NCBI RefSeq assembly: GCF_045277075.1
Contig: NZ_CP104270.1
Location: 1,524,631-1,588,630, forward strand
Length of the DNA stretch: 64,000 nt
Direction: 5' to 3'
From: Seonamhaeicola sp. MEBiC01930
GTDB lineage: Bacteria; Bacteroidota; Bacteroidia; Flavobacteriales; Flavobacteriaceae
This document shows, piece by piece, positions 10,086 to 20,736 of the stretch. The translations under genes and the position numbers were made by a program. Every line of letters begins with the position of its first letter. Within the stretch, counting starts at the first letter, position 1. The notes beneath the pieces are model-generated. The model was not told where the DNA came from and did not search any database. It was given only the letters and a program-made list of their open reading frames with translations.

Positions 10086-10973
10086 ATGTTACCCGCTATG
10101 ATAACTAAGAAACCTACATTCAAGAAGTTGTCACCAACGTTTGGTAATTCCATAATGGTGAAACAACATAACGACAAATTAGATAGAGGTGAAATGTTTT
10201 GGCATTTTCACCCTGAAATTGAACTTATTTATATTAATAGAGGTCAAGGAAAGACACATATTGGTAATCACTTATCATATTTCAATAATAGCCAGTTAAT
10301 TTTGATAGGATCAAATTTACCACATAATGGATTTACCGATAGGCTAACCGCGGCTGGTGTTGAAACTACTATTCAGTTTAGCCCTGATTTTTTAGGAGAA
10401 GATTTTCTTAATAATGTACAAGAGGCATCAGCCATAGCAGCTCTATTTGAAAAGGCCAAAAGTGGTATTAAGTTTAATAGAACTGCCAAAGATGTAGTTG
10501 GTACTAAAATAGAAGAATTAGAAAGTTATACTGGATTTGATAGAGTTTTAAAACTTTTAGAAATTTTGCATTACTTGTCAAAAACTAGTGATTACACTAT
10601 TTTAAATGCCGATGGCTTTGTGTTTGAAACAGAACCGCAGGATACTGATAAAATTAAGACGGTATATAAATATGTTAACGCCAATTTTAAGGAGCATATA
10701 GCTTTAGATGATATTGCTGATAAGGTAAGTATGACAGTACCGGCGTTTTGCAGATATTTTAAAAAGACTACGGGAAAAACCTTTACACAAATGGTTAATG
10801 AAATAAGAATTGTACACGCTACCAAATTGCTTAATGAAAGTAAAATGAGTATTGCTGATGTATGCTTTGAATGTGGTTTCAATAACTTCTCTCATTTCAA
10901 TAAGCAATTTAACGAAGTAATAGGCAAGAGTGCTTCAAATTATAGAAAAGAAATAAAGCAAATTATAAGCTAA
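10086..10973 (+). CDS. AraC-family transcriptional regulator (N-terminal cupin-like sensor, C-terminal HTH_AraC)
   Basis: C-terminal motifs KLLNESKMSIADVCFECGFNNFSHFNKQF. Confidence 0.85.
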   Translation: MLPAMITKKPTFKKLSPTFGNSIMVKQHNDKLDRGEMFWHFHPEIELIYINRGQGKTHIGNHLSYFNNSQLILIGSNLPHNGFTDRLTAAGVETTIQFSPDFLGEDFLNNVQEASAIAALFEKAKSGIKFNRTAKDVVGTKIEELESYTGFDRVLKLLEILHYLSKTSDYTILNADGFVFETEPQDTDKIKTVYKYVNANFKEHIALDDIADKVSMTVPAFCRYFKKTTGKTFTQMVNEIRIVHATKLLNESKMSIADVCFECGFNNFSHFNKQFNEVIGKSASNYRKEIKQIIS

Positions 10974-11002
10974 ATAAAGCTTATTCAAAAAAAAATTAAG
11001 AA

Positions 11003-11037
11003 AGATGTTCAACAAGAGAAATGAACATCTTTTTTTA
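11003..11037 (+). terminator. rho-independent terminator after the AraC gene (stem AGATGTTCA, loop, stem TGAACATCT, then T-run)
   Basis: 9-bp inverted repeat followed by T7. Confidence 0.55.
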
Positions 11038-11103
11038 TTTTATAAAAGTTGTAAGTATTTTTAATGAAATTTGTGAATGTTTTAATCTAAAACTAATTTC
11101 TGT

Positions 11104-14079
11104 ATGAAAAATGTATTTATTATAACCTTAATAGTTTTATGCTTTTGGAAAACTAGTTTAGCGCAAGAGGTTGTAATAATTGATGCTTTTGTTTTAGAAA
11201 AAAACACCAATAAACCATTGCCATATGTTAATATAGGTTTTTTAGCTAAAAGTGTTGGAACTGTGAGTGATGAAAACGGAAAATTTCAATTAGAATACAG
11301 TGAAGATAACATAGGAGAATTAGAAGTTTTACAGTTCTCTTCTTTAGGGTATAAAACATTACAAATAAAAGCTTCTAATTTGTTTTCCAAATTAGCAACA
11401 ACTAATAAAATATTTTTAGAACCCCAAAATTTTAGTTTAGATAAAGTTATAATTACCCCAGAAGAAAGAGAGAAGAAGCAAGTAGGGGGTTTAGATTTTA
11501 ATGGCTATACAATAGGTTATTGGAAAGATGGTATTGCTTTGGGAGGAGAAATAGCAACTAAAATTAGAATAAACAAAAAGAATTCTAAATTATTAGATTT
11601 AAAATTAAGGGTGCTTGAAAATAGATCTGATAGTGTAAAGCTAAGAGTTAATGTTTATGATTCCCAAAAAAAATTACCAAATAAAAATTTATTAAATACC
11701 AATATTTTCCATATTGTAAAAAAGGGTAAACGTATTGATACTATTGATTTAAGACCTTATAACATAAAAGTGGATGACGATATTATTGTTAGTATTGAAT
11801 TGGTTGAAGTTTATGGAAATGATATTGGCTTCGTTATTGCCGGTACCGATTCTGGAACAACTTACACAAGGTATATTAGTCAAGATAATTGGAAGGTAAT
11901 CAAAGATGCTAAAATGGCATTTAAGCTAAATACTTCATTCCCTAAGAGAAAGGCTGAAATTGTGAAAAGAATTGCGCCAAAAAAAATAACTATTCTATGG
12001 GATACCTCTGCTTCTATGATGTATAATAGGGATGCATATAAAGAAATAGATTTTTTAAAAGCGTATTTTAATAAATTAAAAAATGTATCGGTAAAGGTTG
12101 TAAGATTCAGCAATGAAATAGATGATAGTAAGGTATTCGATATTAATAATGGTAATGTGGAATTACTTATAAATTATTTAAAGAATTCTTATTACGAAGG
12201 TGCTACTAACATTTCTAGTCTAGAATTAAATGATTTAGGTATAGCAGATGCTATTTTATTATTTTCAGATGGCTTTTCTACATTAGCAAATAACAATGAT
12301 GAATTAGAAAGTCCTGTTTTTTGTTTTAGTTCTTCTAAAAATGCAAATCATAATAAATTACAGAGTATTTCTTTAAAAACCGAGGGTTACTACATTAACT
12401 TATTTAATACCTCAATAACTTCTGCTTTAAAAATTTTGGAGTTTGATGTGGAAGATAGAGCAATTTACACATTGGATAATGAAGGCAAAAATGGTAATGT
12501 TTATGGTAAAGTATTTACTGATACTACTTTGATTGAAGGTGTTTCAATTAATGTAAAGGGTTCCTTTAATGAAGTTTTAACTAATAAGGAGGGGGCTTAT
12601 TCAATTTCGGCAAATTATGGAGATGTTTTGTTGGTAAATTATTTTGGAGTTGAACAGAAAGAGGTACAAGTTTCTAATAAAAAAAACATAAACATTGAAC
12701 TTGAATTTGAAGGTGAGATGTTAGACGAAGTAAATATTGAAACTATAAAAGAAAAGAGAGATTCCTTGTCGCAAATTGCTAGAAATGCTAATAGGAACGA
12801 TGGTTATTCTTCATATTTTCTTAAAGGTGATGATATCAGTCCTTCTGATATTTATTTGGCTGATGTACTGCGTAAAACTCCTGGGGTTAATGTTTCAGGG
12901 CCTTCCTTAAATCCAAAAATATGGATTAGGGATAGAAGAATTACTCCGGCCATTTTTGTTGATGGAATTGAAACTCTAAACATTTTATCTATTTCCCCAC
13001 AAAATATTGCCTCAATTTTAGTTCTTAAATCTTTTGCAGCCACTAATAGGTTTGGGTCTATCGCTGCAGGGGGAGCTATAATGATAGTTACTAAAACAGC
13101 AATAAATAGAAGTTCAAATAAATTAGAAAACAGGTATTTAAGTACAGATAATGATTATGATAGCAGTAAGTTATTAGCAAAAACAAATGCTACATATTCA
13201 AAATATATAAATGAATTAAATTCAGCTTCCTCTTTTAAAGAAGCCCTAGACATTTATAAAAAGCAAAAACATAGCTTAGATCAACCTTCTATCTCATTTT
13301 ATTTTGACGCATCAGAATATTTTGAAAGGTGGGATTCTAAAACGGCATTTAAAATTTTGACCAGCATTGCTGATATAGCTTATAATAATGCTAAAGCATT
13401 AAAAACATTAGCATATAAATTAGAAGCGTTGAATAAATATGAAGAGGCTAAATATATTTACAAAAGAATATTAAAATTAAACCCTAAAAAGGCTCAATCT
13501 TATAGAGATTTGGCTTTAATTTATCAAAATACAGGAGAATTTAATGAGGCAATGCTATTATATAAACAAATGCTTTTTGGGGTCATTGAAGGTGTTGATT
13601 TCTCTGGTTTAAAAGATGTATTGGTTAATGAGCTTAGACACTTAGTTTTATTACATAAATCTGAAGTTGTTTATAGAGATTTGCCTTCAGATATTTTGAG
13701 TATAAACTTTAAGCAAGACATGCGTTTGGTTTTTGAATGGAATAATCCATTGGCAGAGTTTGAAATTCAATTTGTAAATCCAAATAACAAGTATTTTACC
13801 TGGGAGCTTTCTGAGTTTTCAAAAAAAGAACGTTTATTAGATGGGTTAAAGAATGGGTATCATGTAGAGGAGTTTTTTATAGATGATGCAGAAAATGGCA
13901 AATGGGTAATAAATATTAAAAATCTAAAAAAAGAAGAAACCCTTACACCTTGTTATTTAAAATATACGGTGTTTAAAAACTTTGCAAAACCAAATGAAAG
14001 TAAGACTGTTAGAGTAATAAAACTATTTGAACAACATAAAGAAGCAACATTAGATGAATTTATGTATTCATCTAATTAA
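11104..14079 (+). CDS. large secreted multidomain protein: signal peptide, CarboxypepD_reg-like, vWA-like (ILWDTSASM), TonB-dependent-receptor plug-like domain with no following barrel, TPR repeats, and an unknown ~200-aa C-terminal domain
   Basis: plug motif DVLRKTPGVNV...IDG...IESIEVLK-like...GAIMIVTKT; TPR-like AKYIYKRILKLNPKKAQSYRDLALIYQNTGEFNEA; MIDAS-like DTSASM. Confidence 0.65.
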   Translation: MKNVFIITLIVLCFWKTSLAQEVVIIDAFVLEKNTNKPLPYVNIGFLAKSVGTVSDENGKFQLEYSEDNIGELEVLQFSSLGYKTLQIKASNLFSKLATTNKIFLEPQNFSLDKVIITPEEREKKQVGGLDFNGYTIGYWKDGIALGGEIATKIRINKKNSKLLDLKLRVLENRSDSVKLRVNVYDSQKKLPNKNLLNTNIFHIVKKGKRIDTIDLRPYNIKVDDDIIVSIELVEVYGNDIGFVIAGTDSGTTYTRYISQDNWKVIKDAKMAFKLNTSFPKRKAEIVKRIAPKKITILWDTSASMMYNRDAYKEIDFLKAYFNKLKNVSVKVVRFSNEIDDSKVFDINNGNVELLINYLKNSYYEGATNISSLELNDLGIADAILLFSDGFSTLANNNDELESPVFCFSSSKNANHNKLQSISLKTEGYYINLFNTSITSALKILEFDVEDRAIYTLDNEGKNGNVYGKVFTDTTLIEGVSINVKGSFNEVLTNKEGAYSISANYGDVLLVNYFGVEQKEVQVSNKKNINIELEFEGEMLDEVNIETIKEKRDSLSQIARNANRNDGYSSYFLKGDDISPSDIYLADVLRKTPGVNVSGPSLNPKIWIRDRRITPAIFVDGIETLNILSISPQNIASILVLKSFAATNRFGSIAAGGAIMIVTKTAINRSSNKLENRYLSTDNDYDSSKLLAKTNATYSKYINELNSASSFKEALDIYKKQKHSLDQPSISFYFDASEYFERWDSKTAFKILTSIADIAYNNAKALKTLAYKLEALNKYEEAKYIYKRILKLNPKKAQSYRDLALIYQNTGEFNEAMLLYKQMLFGVIEGVDFSGLKDVLVNELRHLVLLHKSEVVYRDLPSDILSINFKQDMRLVFEWNNPLAEFEIQFVNPNNKYFTWELSEFSKKERLLDGLKNGYHVEEFFIDDAENGKWVINIKNLKKEETLTPCYLKYTVFKNFAKPNESKTVRVIKLFEQHKEATLDEFMYSSN

Positions 14080-14729
14080 ACATTGCCGTTCCACTCTTCG
14101 TAAAACTGTTTTAAATACTCTTCCATAAAAACATGTCTTTTTGCTGCCAATAGCTTACCTGTTCCTGTATTCATTCGGTCTTTTAATAGAAGTAATTTTT
14201 CGTAAAAATGGTTAATTGTTGGAGCAGTTGAAGATTTATATTCTTCTTTAGACATGCTAAGATTAGGCTTAATATCTGGATTGTAAAGTTGGCGGTTCTT
14301 AAAACCACCATAATTAAAACACCTTGCTATTCCTATAGCACCAATGGCATCTAATCTATCGGCATCTTGAATAACATCTAGTTCAACAGATTTAAATTTC
14401 TGAGCTTCATTACCCCCTTTAAAGGAAATGTTTTCAATAATTTTAACAACATGTTCAATGACTACAGAATCTACATTTTGTTTAAATAAAAACTCACGTG
14501 CTATATTAGGGCCAACTGTTTCGTCTCCATTATAAAATTTACTGTCGGCAATATCATGTAATAAAGCACCCAAAGACACAATTAATATATCAACTGGTTC
14601 TTTTTTTGCAATTAATAAGGCATTTTTATAAACTCTTAAAACATGAAACCAATCATGACCTCCTTCTGCATCGGAAAGGCTTTCTTTTACAAAAGTTTTA
14701 GTTTTATTAATTAGTTCTTCTGAAGTCAT
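14076..14729 (-). CDS. HD-domain phosphohydrolase
   Basis: HD motif HVLRV...LHDIAD. Confidence 0.8.
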   Translation of the reverse strand: MTSEELINKTKTFVKESLSDAEGGHDWFHVLRVYKNALLIAKKEPVDILIVSLGALLHDIADSKFYNGDETVGPNIAREFLFKQNVDSVVIEHVVKIIENISFKGGNEAQKFKSVELDVIQDADRLDAIGAIGIARCFNYGGFKNRQLYNPDIKPNLSMSKEEYKSSTAPTINHFYEKLLLLKDRMNTGTGKLLAAKRHVFMEEYLKQFYEEWNGNV

Positions 14730-14795
14730 AAGAATATAAAAATAGAAAAGTATTTTATTTCTTGAAAACTGCTGCTATTTTAAGGTTTGAAATAA

Positions 14796-15791
14796 TTACT
14801 TAGAAACCGCTGGTTGTACCCATTTAAATTGATAAGAGTTTTCAGGAATTTTTATGCGATCAGATAAGCGATACATTCTAGCTGGAAGCTTCATAAGGTA
14901 ATCACGTGCTTTTTCTGCCTCATCTGTAAGGTTTGTAATCTTATCAATTTCCCATCTATCAATAAGTTTTTGTAAAATGTCAACATAGTCTGTAGAAGTA
15001 TAAACTCCAATACGCTGTGCAGTGTTAGAAAACTCTTCAAAAGCGGTACTTATTGCGTTTCCAGATTCTCTTAAAAAATGTGCTGGCATTGTTATTTTTT
15101 GTTTCATCATATAATGAAATGCTAACATCATTTCACTTGGGTCAACTTTAAATATACGCTCTACAAATTCTGAATATGCATGATGATGACGCATTTCATC
15201 TCCGGAAATAATCTGACACATTTTGCCTAAAGCTTTATTTCCACTTTTTCTTGCAATTTTAGCAACTCTATTATGTGAAATATAAGTAGCTAATTCTTGA
15301 AAACTAGTGTATACAAAATTTTTATAAGGGTCTCTATCTGTTCCAATATCAAAACCATCTGCAATAAGGTATTGTGTGGTTTTTTCTATTTCTTTCATAT
15401 TTACCCTTCCAGATAAATAAAGATATTTATTAAGTACGTCACCATGTCTGTTTTCTTCAGCAGTCCAGTGTTTAACCCATTTGCTCCAACCATTACCTCC
15501 ATTTTTTACTTGGTCAACACCTTCAACTTCCATTAACCAAGATTCATAAGTAGGCAGTGCCTCTTCAGTGATCATATCTCCAACTAAAACTACCCAAAAG
15601 TCATAAGGCAACTCCTTTGAGAGTTCTTGAATTTCCTTTATTTCTTCAAAAAAAGTGTCCTTTTCTGAATTTGGAAGAAAATCTGTTGGTTGCCATATAT
15701 TTTCTATTGGCAATAAATATTTATCCATTAAGGATGAAATATCTTTTTCCAAAAACTGCATAACTTCTAACCTTACATTTTTTAATGCCAT
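14796..15791 (-). CDS. acyl-ACP desaturase (soluble di-iron fatty-acid desaturase)
   Basis: di-iron motifs EENRHGD and DEMRHHHAY. Confidence 0.85.
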   Translation of the reverse strand: MALKNVRLEVMQFLEKDISSLMDKYLLPIENIWQPTDFLPNSEKDTFFEEIKEIQELSKELPYDFWVVLVGDMITEEALPTYESWLMEVEGVDQVKNGGNGWSKWVKHWTAEENRHGDVLNKYLYLSGRVNMKEIEKTTQYLIADGFDIGTDRDPYKNFVYTSFQELATYISHNRVAKIARKSGNKALGKMCQIISGDEMRHHHAYSEFVERIFKVDPSEMMLAFHYMMKQKITMPAHFLRESGNAISTAFEEFSNTAQRIGVYTSTDYVDILQKLIDRWEIDKITNLTDEAEKARDYLMKLPARMYRLSDRIKIPENSYQFKWVQPAVSK

Positions 15792-15799
15792 AATATATT

Positions 15800-16570
15800 T
15801 TAATGATGTATATCTGCTTTTATTGTAGATTCTATAGAGCTAATAAGCTCAGATTTATCTTTATAATCTTTAACTATCAATGGTTTATGAACTTTAAACT
15901 TTATATGAGTTCCTAGCCCCATGGGGAATGTACCATAACGTTGCATTTTCCAAGAATTATTTATTGAAATAGGAACTACTAAAGCTGATGGGATTTTTTT
16001 AAATAAAATCTCTAAGCCTTTAGTTTGGAAAGCCTTTGGAGCACCATTTTTACTACGTGTGCCTTCAGGGAAAATAACGGCAGCTCGTTTATTGGTTTCA
16101 ATATATTCTCCAAATTTCATAATGGCAGGTAATGACTGTCTTGGGTTTTTCCTATCAATTAAAACAGAACCACCATGACGCAAATTGTATGATACACTAG
16201 GAATGCCTTTACCCAATTCCATTTTACTTATAAATTTAGTATGATGTCTTCGCATATACCACATAATAGGTGATATATCATACATGCTCTGATGATTGGC
16301 AACAATAATTAAAGGTGTATTTAGTGGAATATTTTGCCCATTTTTAAAAGATACTCTTGTGCCTAATATTTTTGTACAATGAACCAAAAAAAACTGTAAA
16401 AAATCAACACTTTTTTTATGGGCTTTATACCCAAAAACGTTGAAACAAAACCATTGGATAGGATGAAATATAACCAGTATAATTAGAAAACAAGTGTAGT
16501 AAAGAACACTTACAGGATATGATAAAATTTTTAACATGCCCAAAAATAGCGTAATGCTAATAACAAACAA
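15800..16570 (-). CDS. 1-acyl-sn-glycerol-3-phosphate acyltransferase (PlsC family)
   Basis: HX4D motif NHQSMYD; FPEGTRS. Confidence 0.8.
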   Translation of the reverse strand: MFVISITLFLGMLKILSYPVSVLYYTCFLIILVIFHPIQWFCFNVFGYKAHKKSVDFLQFFLVHCTKILGTRVSFKNGQNIPLNTPLIIVANHQSMYDISPIMWYMRRHHTKFISKMELGKGIPSVSYNLRHGGSVLIDRKNPRQSLPAIMKFGEYIETNKRAAVIFPEGTRSKNGAPKAFQTKGLEILFKKIPSALVVPISINNSWKMQRYGTFPMGLGTHIKFKVHKPLIVKDYKDKSELISSIESTIKADIHH

Positions 16571-16620
16571 AAAAAGCCATGATTAAATCATAGCTTTTTA
16601 ATTATTTTTCAATCTTATGA

Positions 16621-17031
16621 TTAACAATGCTCATTATAAGCATCAATCAAGTTTTCTGCTATCAATTCAGCAGGTCTTCCTTCAATATGGTGGCGTTCTA
16701 ACATATGTACTAATTCGCCATTTTTAAATAAAGCCATACTTGGAGAACTTGGAGGAAACGGAATCATAAATTCTCTTGCTCTTGCTACAGCATCTTTATC
16801 AACACCCGCAAAAACGGTTACAATATTATCTGGTTTATTATCATTTTGTAAACTCATTCTTGCTCCTGGTCTTGCATTTGCCGCAGCACACCCGCAAACA
16901 GAGTTTACCACTACTAATGTAGTGCCTTCTTTAGCCAAAGCAGCTTCAACCGCTTCAGGTGTGTGTAATTCTTCAAAACCAACATTTGTTAAATCTTCAC
17001 GCATTGGTTTTACTAATTCTGCTGGATACAT
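16621..17031 (-). CDS. bacilliredoxin BrxA/BrxB family (YphP/YqiW, DUF1094)
   Basis: CGC active-site motif VVNSVCGCAAANARPG. Confidence 0.8.
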   Translation of the reverse strand: MYPAELVKPMREDLTNVGFEELHTPEAVEAALAKEGTTLVVVNSVCGCAAANARPGARMSLQNDNKPDNIVTVFAGVDKDAVARAREFMIPFPPSSPSMALFKNGELVHMLERHHIEGRPAELIAENLIDAYNEHC

Positions 17032-17203
17032 ATCTTTAAAATTTAATTTTGTGCATTAATAAAGTGCAAAGTTAATTAAAAACATGGCAATATTTATTAT
17101 GGCATTCCCTTATAATTCTTATAGTATTATAAGGTCAGGCTATCACTATTCGCTACCCAATTTTGGGTGAGCTCAAACATACCGCTCTATCCTTAATGCC
17201 AAC

Positions 17204-17575
17204 TTAATTTGGCTGTAAAGTAAATTCCATAACTTCTGGTATAACATGGCATTCATCTGCGCTTACCTCAATTGGGTCACTCACATAAGTTTGATAATTA
17301 GATGAGGTAACAGTAATAACATACATACCAGCGCGTTCACCAGCTCCATAAAAGGAATCTATACCTAAGGTTAGGGTTTCCTCGTAAGCACCATCAGTAA
17401 CCACAACAGTAACATCATCTGTAATTTTATTGAAATTGGAAGCATCAATTAAGGTGATGTTTAGTCCATATACGTATTCTAAGGTGCAAACAATACCATT
17501 CATATCGTCATCAGATTTACATCCTGTAAGGTTTAAAGCAAGTACAAAAAGTACAATAATATATTTGGGTTTCAT
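17204..17575 (-). CDS. hypothetical lipoprotein
   Basis: lipobox LTGCKSDD; no recognised domain. Confidence 0.45.
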   Translation of the reverse strand: MKPKYIIVLFVLALNLTGCKSDDDMNGIVCTLEYVYGLNITLIDASNFNKITDDVTVVVTDGAYEETLTLGIDSFYGAGERAGMYVITVTSSNYQTYVSDPIEVSADECHVIPEVMEFTLQPN

Positions 17576-17680
17576 TGTGTTTTATTTTTAGATGATAAAA
17601 ATTGTATTGGGTTGCGTAACAAAAATTAAAAACATTTAACTAACAATAGTATATTTGAACACAAATAAAGAAATTAATAC

Positions 17681-18442
17681 ATGAGTTTTTCAAAATGGAT
17701 AGGCGGAGCCTTAGGATGGTCTTTTGGTGGGCCAATAGGCGCCATTATAGGTCTTGCTATAGGAAGTGTTATTGATTCAATGAATGGTGGAGATACACTT
17801 TTAGGAGAGGGTAAACGTAAAAGAGGAACCACATATAGAAGCAGACCACAGCGCCCCCAAACACAATCGGGTGATTTTGAGGTAAGTTTACTTGTTTTGG
17901 CATCCATAGTGATAAAGGCAGATGGTGTGCAAGACCAGAGAGAGTTAGATTATGTGCGTCAGCAATTTTCCAATATGTATGGCAAAGAGCGCGCAAATCA
18001 TGCTTTCCAATTATTTAAAGGTATAAGTAAACAAAAGATTTCTAAAAGACAGGTATGTTTACAAATTAAGCAAATGATGGATCACCCTTCACGTTTGCAA
18101 TTAATGCACTTTTTATTTGGTATTGCAAAGGCAGACGGTATTGTTACACAAGATGAAGAACGTGAAATTCAAATTATGGCAGGTTATTTAGGGATTAATG
18201 CACGAGATTATGAAAGTATAAAGGCTATGTTTTATAGTAGTAGTGATAATGCTTATACTGTATTAGAACTTAAAAAAGGAGCTTCAGTAGATGATATAAA
18301 AAAAGCCTACCGTAAAATGGCCAAAAAATATCACCCGGATAGAGTAATTCACTTAGGCAAAGAACACCAAAAAGGTGCTGAAGAAAAATTTAGGCAAGTA
18401 CAAGAAGCTTATGAACATTTACAGAAGGAATTGAGGTTTTAG
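17681..18442 (+). CDS. DjlA-like co-chaperone: N-terminal Gly-zipper TM, TerB-like domain, C-terminal DnaJ J-domain
   Basis: J-domain [16 protein letters not shown] at the C-terminus; TerB-like middle region; N-terminal GxxxG membrane segment. Confidence 0.75.
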   Translation: MSFSKWIGGALGWSFGGPIGAIIGLAIGSVIDSMNGGDTLLGEGKRKRGTTYRSRPQRPQTQSGDFEVSLLVLASIVIKADGVQDQRELDYVRQQFSNMYGKERANHAFQLFKGISKQKISKRQVCLQIKQMMDHPSRLQLMHFLFGIAKADGIVTQDEEREIQIMAGYLGINARDYESIKAMFYSSSDNAYTVLELKKGASVDDIKKAYRKMAKKYHPDRVIHLGKEHQKGAEEKFRQVQEAYEHLQKELRF

Positions 18443-18568
18443 ATAATAAAATTGTATCTTATTACTTGTTATCCCTATAAAACCTCAAAGTGTCACTTAG
18501 GTGACATTTAAGTGGCGTGTAAAAAACAAAGGTGTTGATTTAGCTTTGTACCAACAAAAACCTAAGTA

Positions 18569-19138
18569 ATGAAAACACAATCAATTAGCGAAAACCTTCT
18601 TTATCAAAGAAAATTAAAAGGGTATACCCAAGAAGACTTATCTGATAAATCTTCGGTAGGTGTACGAACAATTCAACGTATAGAAAAAGGTGAGGTGCAA
18701 CCTCATTTACAAACTGTTAAGTTATTAGCTATTGGTCTTGATGTAAATTTAGAAGATCTCATAGTTTTAGAAAATCCTAACGAAGAAGTTCTTGAACGTA
18801 AGTGGATGTTTTTATTACATGCATCTCCATTTTTAGGTCTAATTATCCCCTTTGCAAATATTTTGTTTCCCTTATTTTTATGGATTCATAAATCTGGGGA
18901 TAACAAGACTTATGATAAGCATGGACGGGCAATATTTAATTTTCATTGCACCATTATGTTATTATTTTTTGTCTCATTATTGGCTTTTTTTCCTTTTCCA
19001 GGTTTCAACTTTTTTGGAACAGCGGCAGTGGTTTTATATGGGTTAGTAGTAAGTATAATTGGCATCCGTACTGCTTTAAGTAAAGGCACTTGTTATTACC
19101 CTTTATCAATTCCTTTTATGAAAGTTAAACTTGGTTAA
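18569..19138 (+). CDS. membrane-anchored XRE-family HTH transcriptional regulator
   Basis: N-terminal HTH YTQEDLSDKSSVGVRTIQRIEKGE; C-terminal TM helices. Confidence 0.75.
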   Translation: MKTQSISENLLYQRKLKGYTQEDLSDKSSVGVRTIQRIEKGEVQPHLQTVKLLAIGLDVNLEDLIVLENPNEEVLERKWMFLLHASPFLGLIIPFANILFPLFLWIHKSGDNKTYDKHGRAIFNFHCTIMLLFFVSLLAFFPFPGFNFFGTAAVVLYGLVVSIIGIRTALSKGTCYYPLSIPFMKVKLG

Positions 19139-19202
19139 TTTTTATCAATATTCATTAGTCATTAAAAAATACTGAACCAATTATTCTAAAACTAAAGCAA
19201 AT

Positions 19203-19240
19203 AAAAAAGCCAACTAAATACTTTAGTTGGCTTTTTTATA
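19203..19240. terminator. bidirectional rho-independent terminator (stem AGCCAACTAAA, loop TAC, stem TTTAGTTGGCT, flanked by A and T runs)
   Basis: 11-bp inverted repeat with A-run on one side and T-run on the other. Confidence 0.6.
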
Positions 19241-19256
19241 TTTTTCTAAAAGTATT

Positions 19257-19475
19257 TTAGTTAGAAAAAACTTCTTTACTAGTGTAAATTTTTGTGTCGT
19301 TACCTTTATCAAATACATACACTAATTTATCATCAGAATTCATATATACAGAAGCTAGTTTCCAACCTTCGCTTTTTGTAGCATCTAAAAGGCATTTACG
19401 AACATCAGGATTATTTAAATTTAAATTAGAATTTTTAATGGTGTCAGCGTTTGCATCAATAGAAAATGACAGCAT
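19257..19475 (-). CDS. hypothetical small protein (72 aa)
   Basis: ORF only; lies next to a terminator. Confidence 0.25.
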   Translation of the reverse strand: MLSFSIDANADTIKNSNLNLNNPDVRKCLLDATKSEGWKLASVYMNSDDKLVYVFDKGNDTKIYTSKEVFSN

Positions 19476-19549
19476 AACAACTGCTAGTAATACATGTAAT
19501 TTTTCATCATAGAAAGGGTTTTAAATTCGGCACAAATCTATGATAAAGC

Positions 19550-20587
19550 CTAAAAATCCTTGAAAATAATAGTTGATTGCTCTTTCTTAACGGTTAACTC
19601 AATAGTTCTCCCAAAAATAAGAGCTCTATTGTCTTTTTCATGACCAGAAGGCATATTAAACGCAACAGGGAAATTATAATCAGAAAGCACGTCTAAAATA
19701 AGTTGCTCTATAGAAACACCCCATTTTGTAGTGTTATTTTTTAGTTTGGTTATGTCACCAATTACAACGCCTTTGCAGTTATTAAAATAGCCGGCACGTT
19801 TTAAACTTTGAAGCATGCGGTCTATATGATATTTGTATTCGCCAATTTCCTCAATAAACAATATTTTACCAGTAGTATTAATACTTGTTGTAGACCCTAA
19901 CATGGTGTGTAGTATAGTTAAATTACCGCCCACTAACGGCGCTATAACTTCTCCAGATTTGTTATATGGAGAGCCATCTAAATTATAACTTAGTATTTCA
20001 CCAAATAGGCCTCTTTTAAAAGTGTTTATGGTTTCTTTAATTGTTTCAGGATCATCTTGAAGACTTGTACACATCATGGCGTGAATAGATTGTATACCCA
20101 AATTATGTACCTCATTATGAATAGCTGTTATATCACTATATCCAATTATCCATTTAGGATTTTTTTTAAACGAAGACCAATCCAAATTATCTAAAATTCT
20201 TACTGCACCATAACCGCCTCTTGCACACCAAATAGCTTTAATTTTTGGATTGTCTAAAGCATTTTGAAAGTCTTCACATCGTTCATCGTCAGTACCTGCA
20301 AAATGATTGTTCTGATTAAAAATATGTGTTCCAACAACAGCATATAACCCCCAGCTTTTTAATAGGGATTTGGCCTTATTAATTTCTACTATTCTATTCT
20401 TTAAAATTCCTGATGGAGCCACTATGGCAACTGTATCTCCTGTTTTTAAAAATGGTGGCTGTTTCAAAGTTTTTTGTTGTTTATAGGTGATTTCATTTTG
20501 GGCTATAGCTTGGTTTCTTCCAAAGATCAAGGAAGCACAAAACACGCATAAAATGAGTAGGTTTCTAGACATATTGTAAATGTACAT
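19550..20587 (-). CDS. LD-carboxypeptidase (peptidase S66, LdcA/MccF-like), secreted
   Basis: S66 motif IIGYSDITAIH; signal peptide. Confidence 0.8.
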   Translation of the reverse strand: MYIYNMSRNLLILCVFCASLIFGRNQAIAQNEITYKQQKTLKQPPFLKTGDTVAIVAPSGILKNRIVEINKAKSLLKSWGLYAVVGTHIFNQNNHFAGTDDERCEDFQNALDNPKIKAIWCARGGYGAVRILDNLDWSSFKKNPKWIIGYSDITAIHNEVHNLGIQSIHAMMCTSLQDDPETIKETINTFKRGLFGEILSYNLDGSPYNKSGEVIAPLVGGNLTILHTMLGSTTSINTTGKILFIEEIGEYKYHIDRMLQSLKRAGYFNNCKGVVIGDITKLKNNTTKWGVSIEQLILDVLSDYNFPVAFNMPSGHEKDNRALIFGRTIELTVKKEQSTIIFKDF

Positions 20588-20736
20588 TTTTTTTCCAAAT
20601 AGCCTTCAAATTGTGTACTTTTGCGGCTTAGTAATAGAATCAATTTACGTCATTCTGAGCTTTTATAAAAGTGTGAGAATCTTTTTAACAGATTGTTACA
20701 TGGTTTTACCTCCTCAAAATGACAAATTAAAATTTT

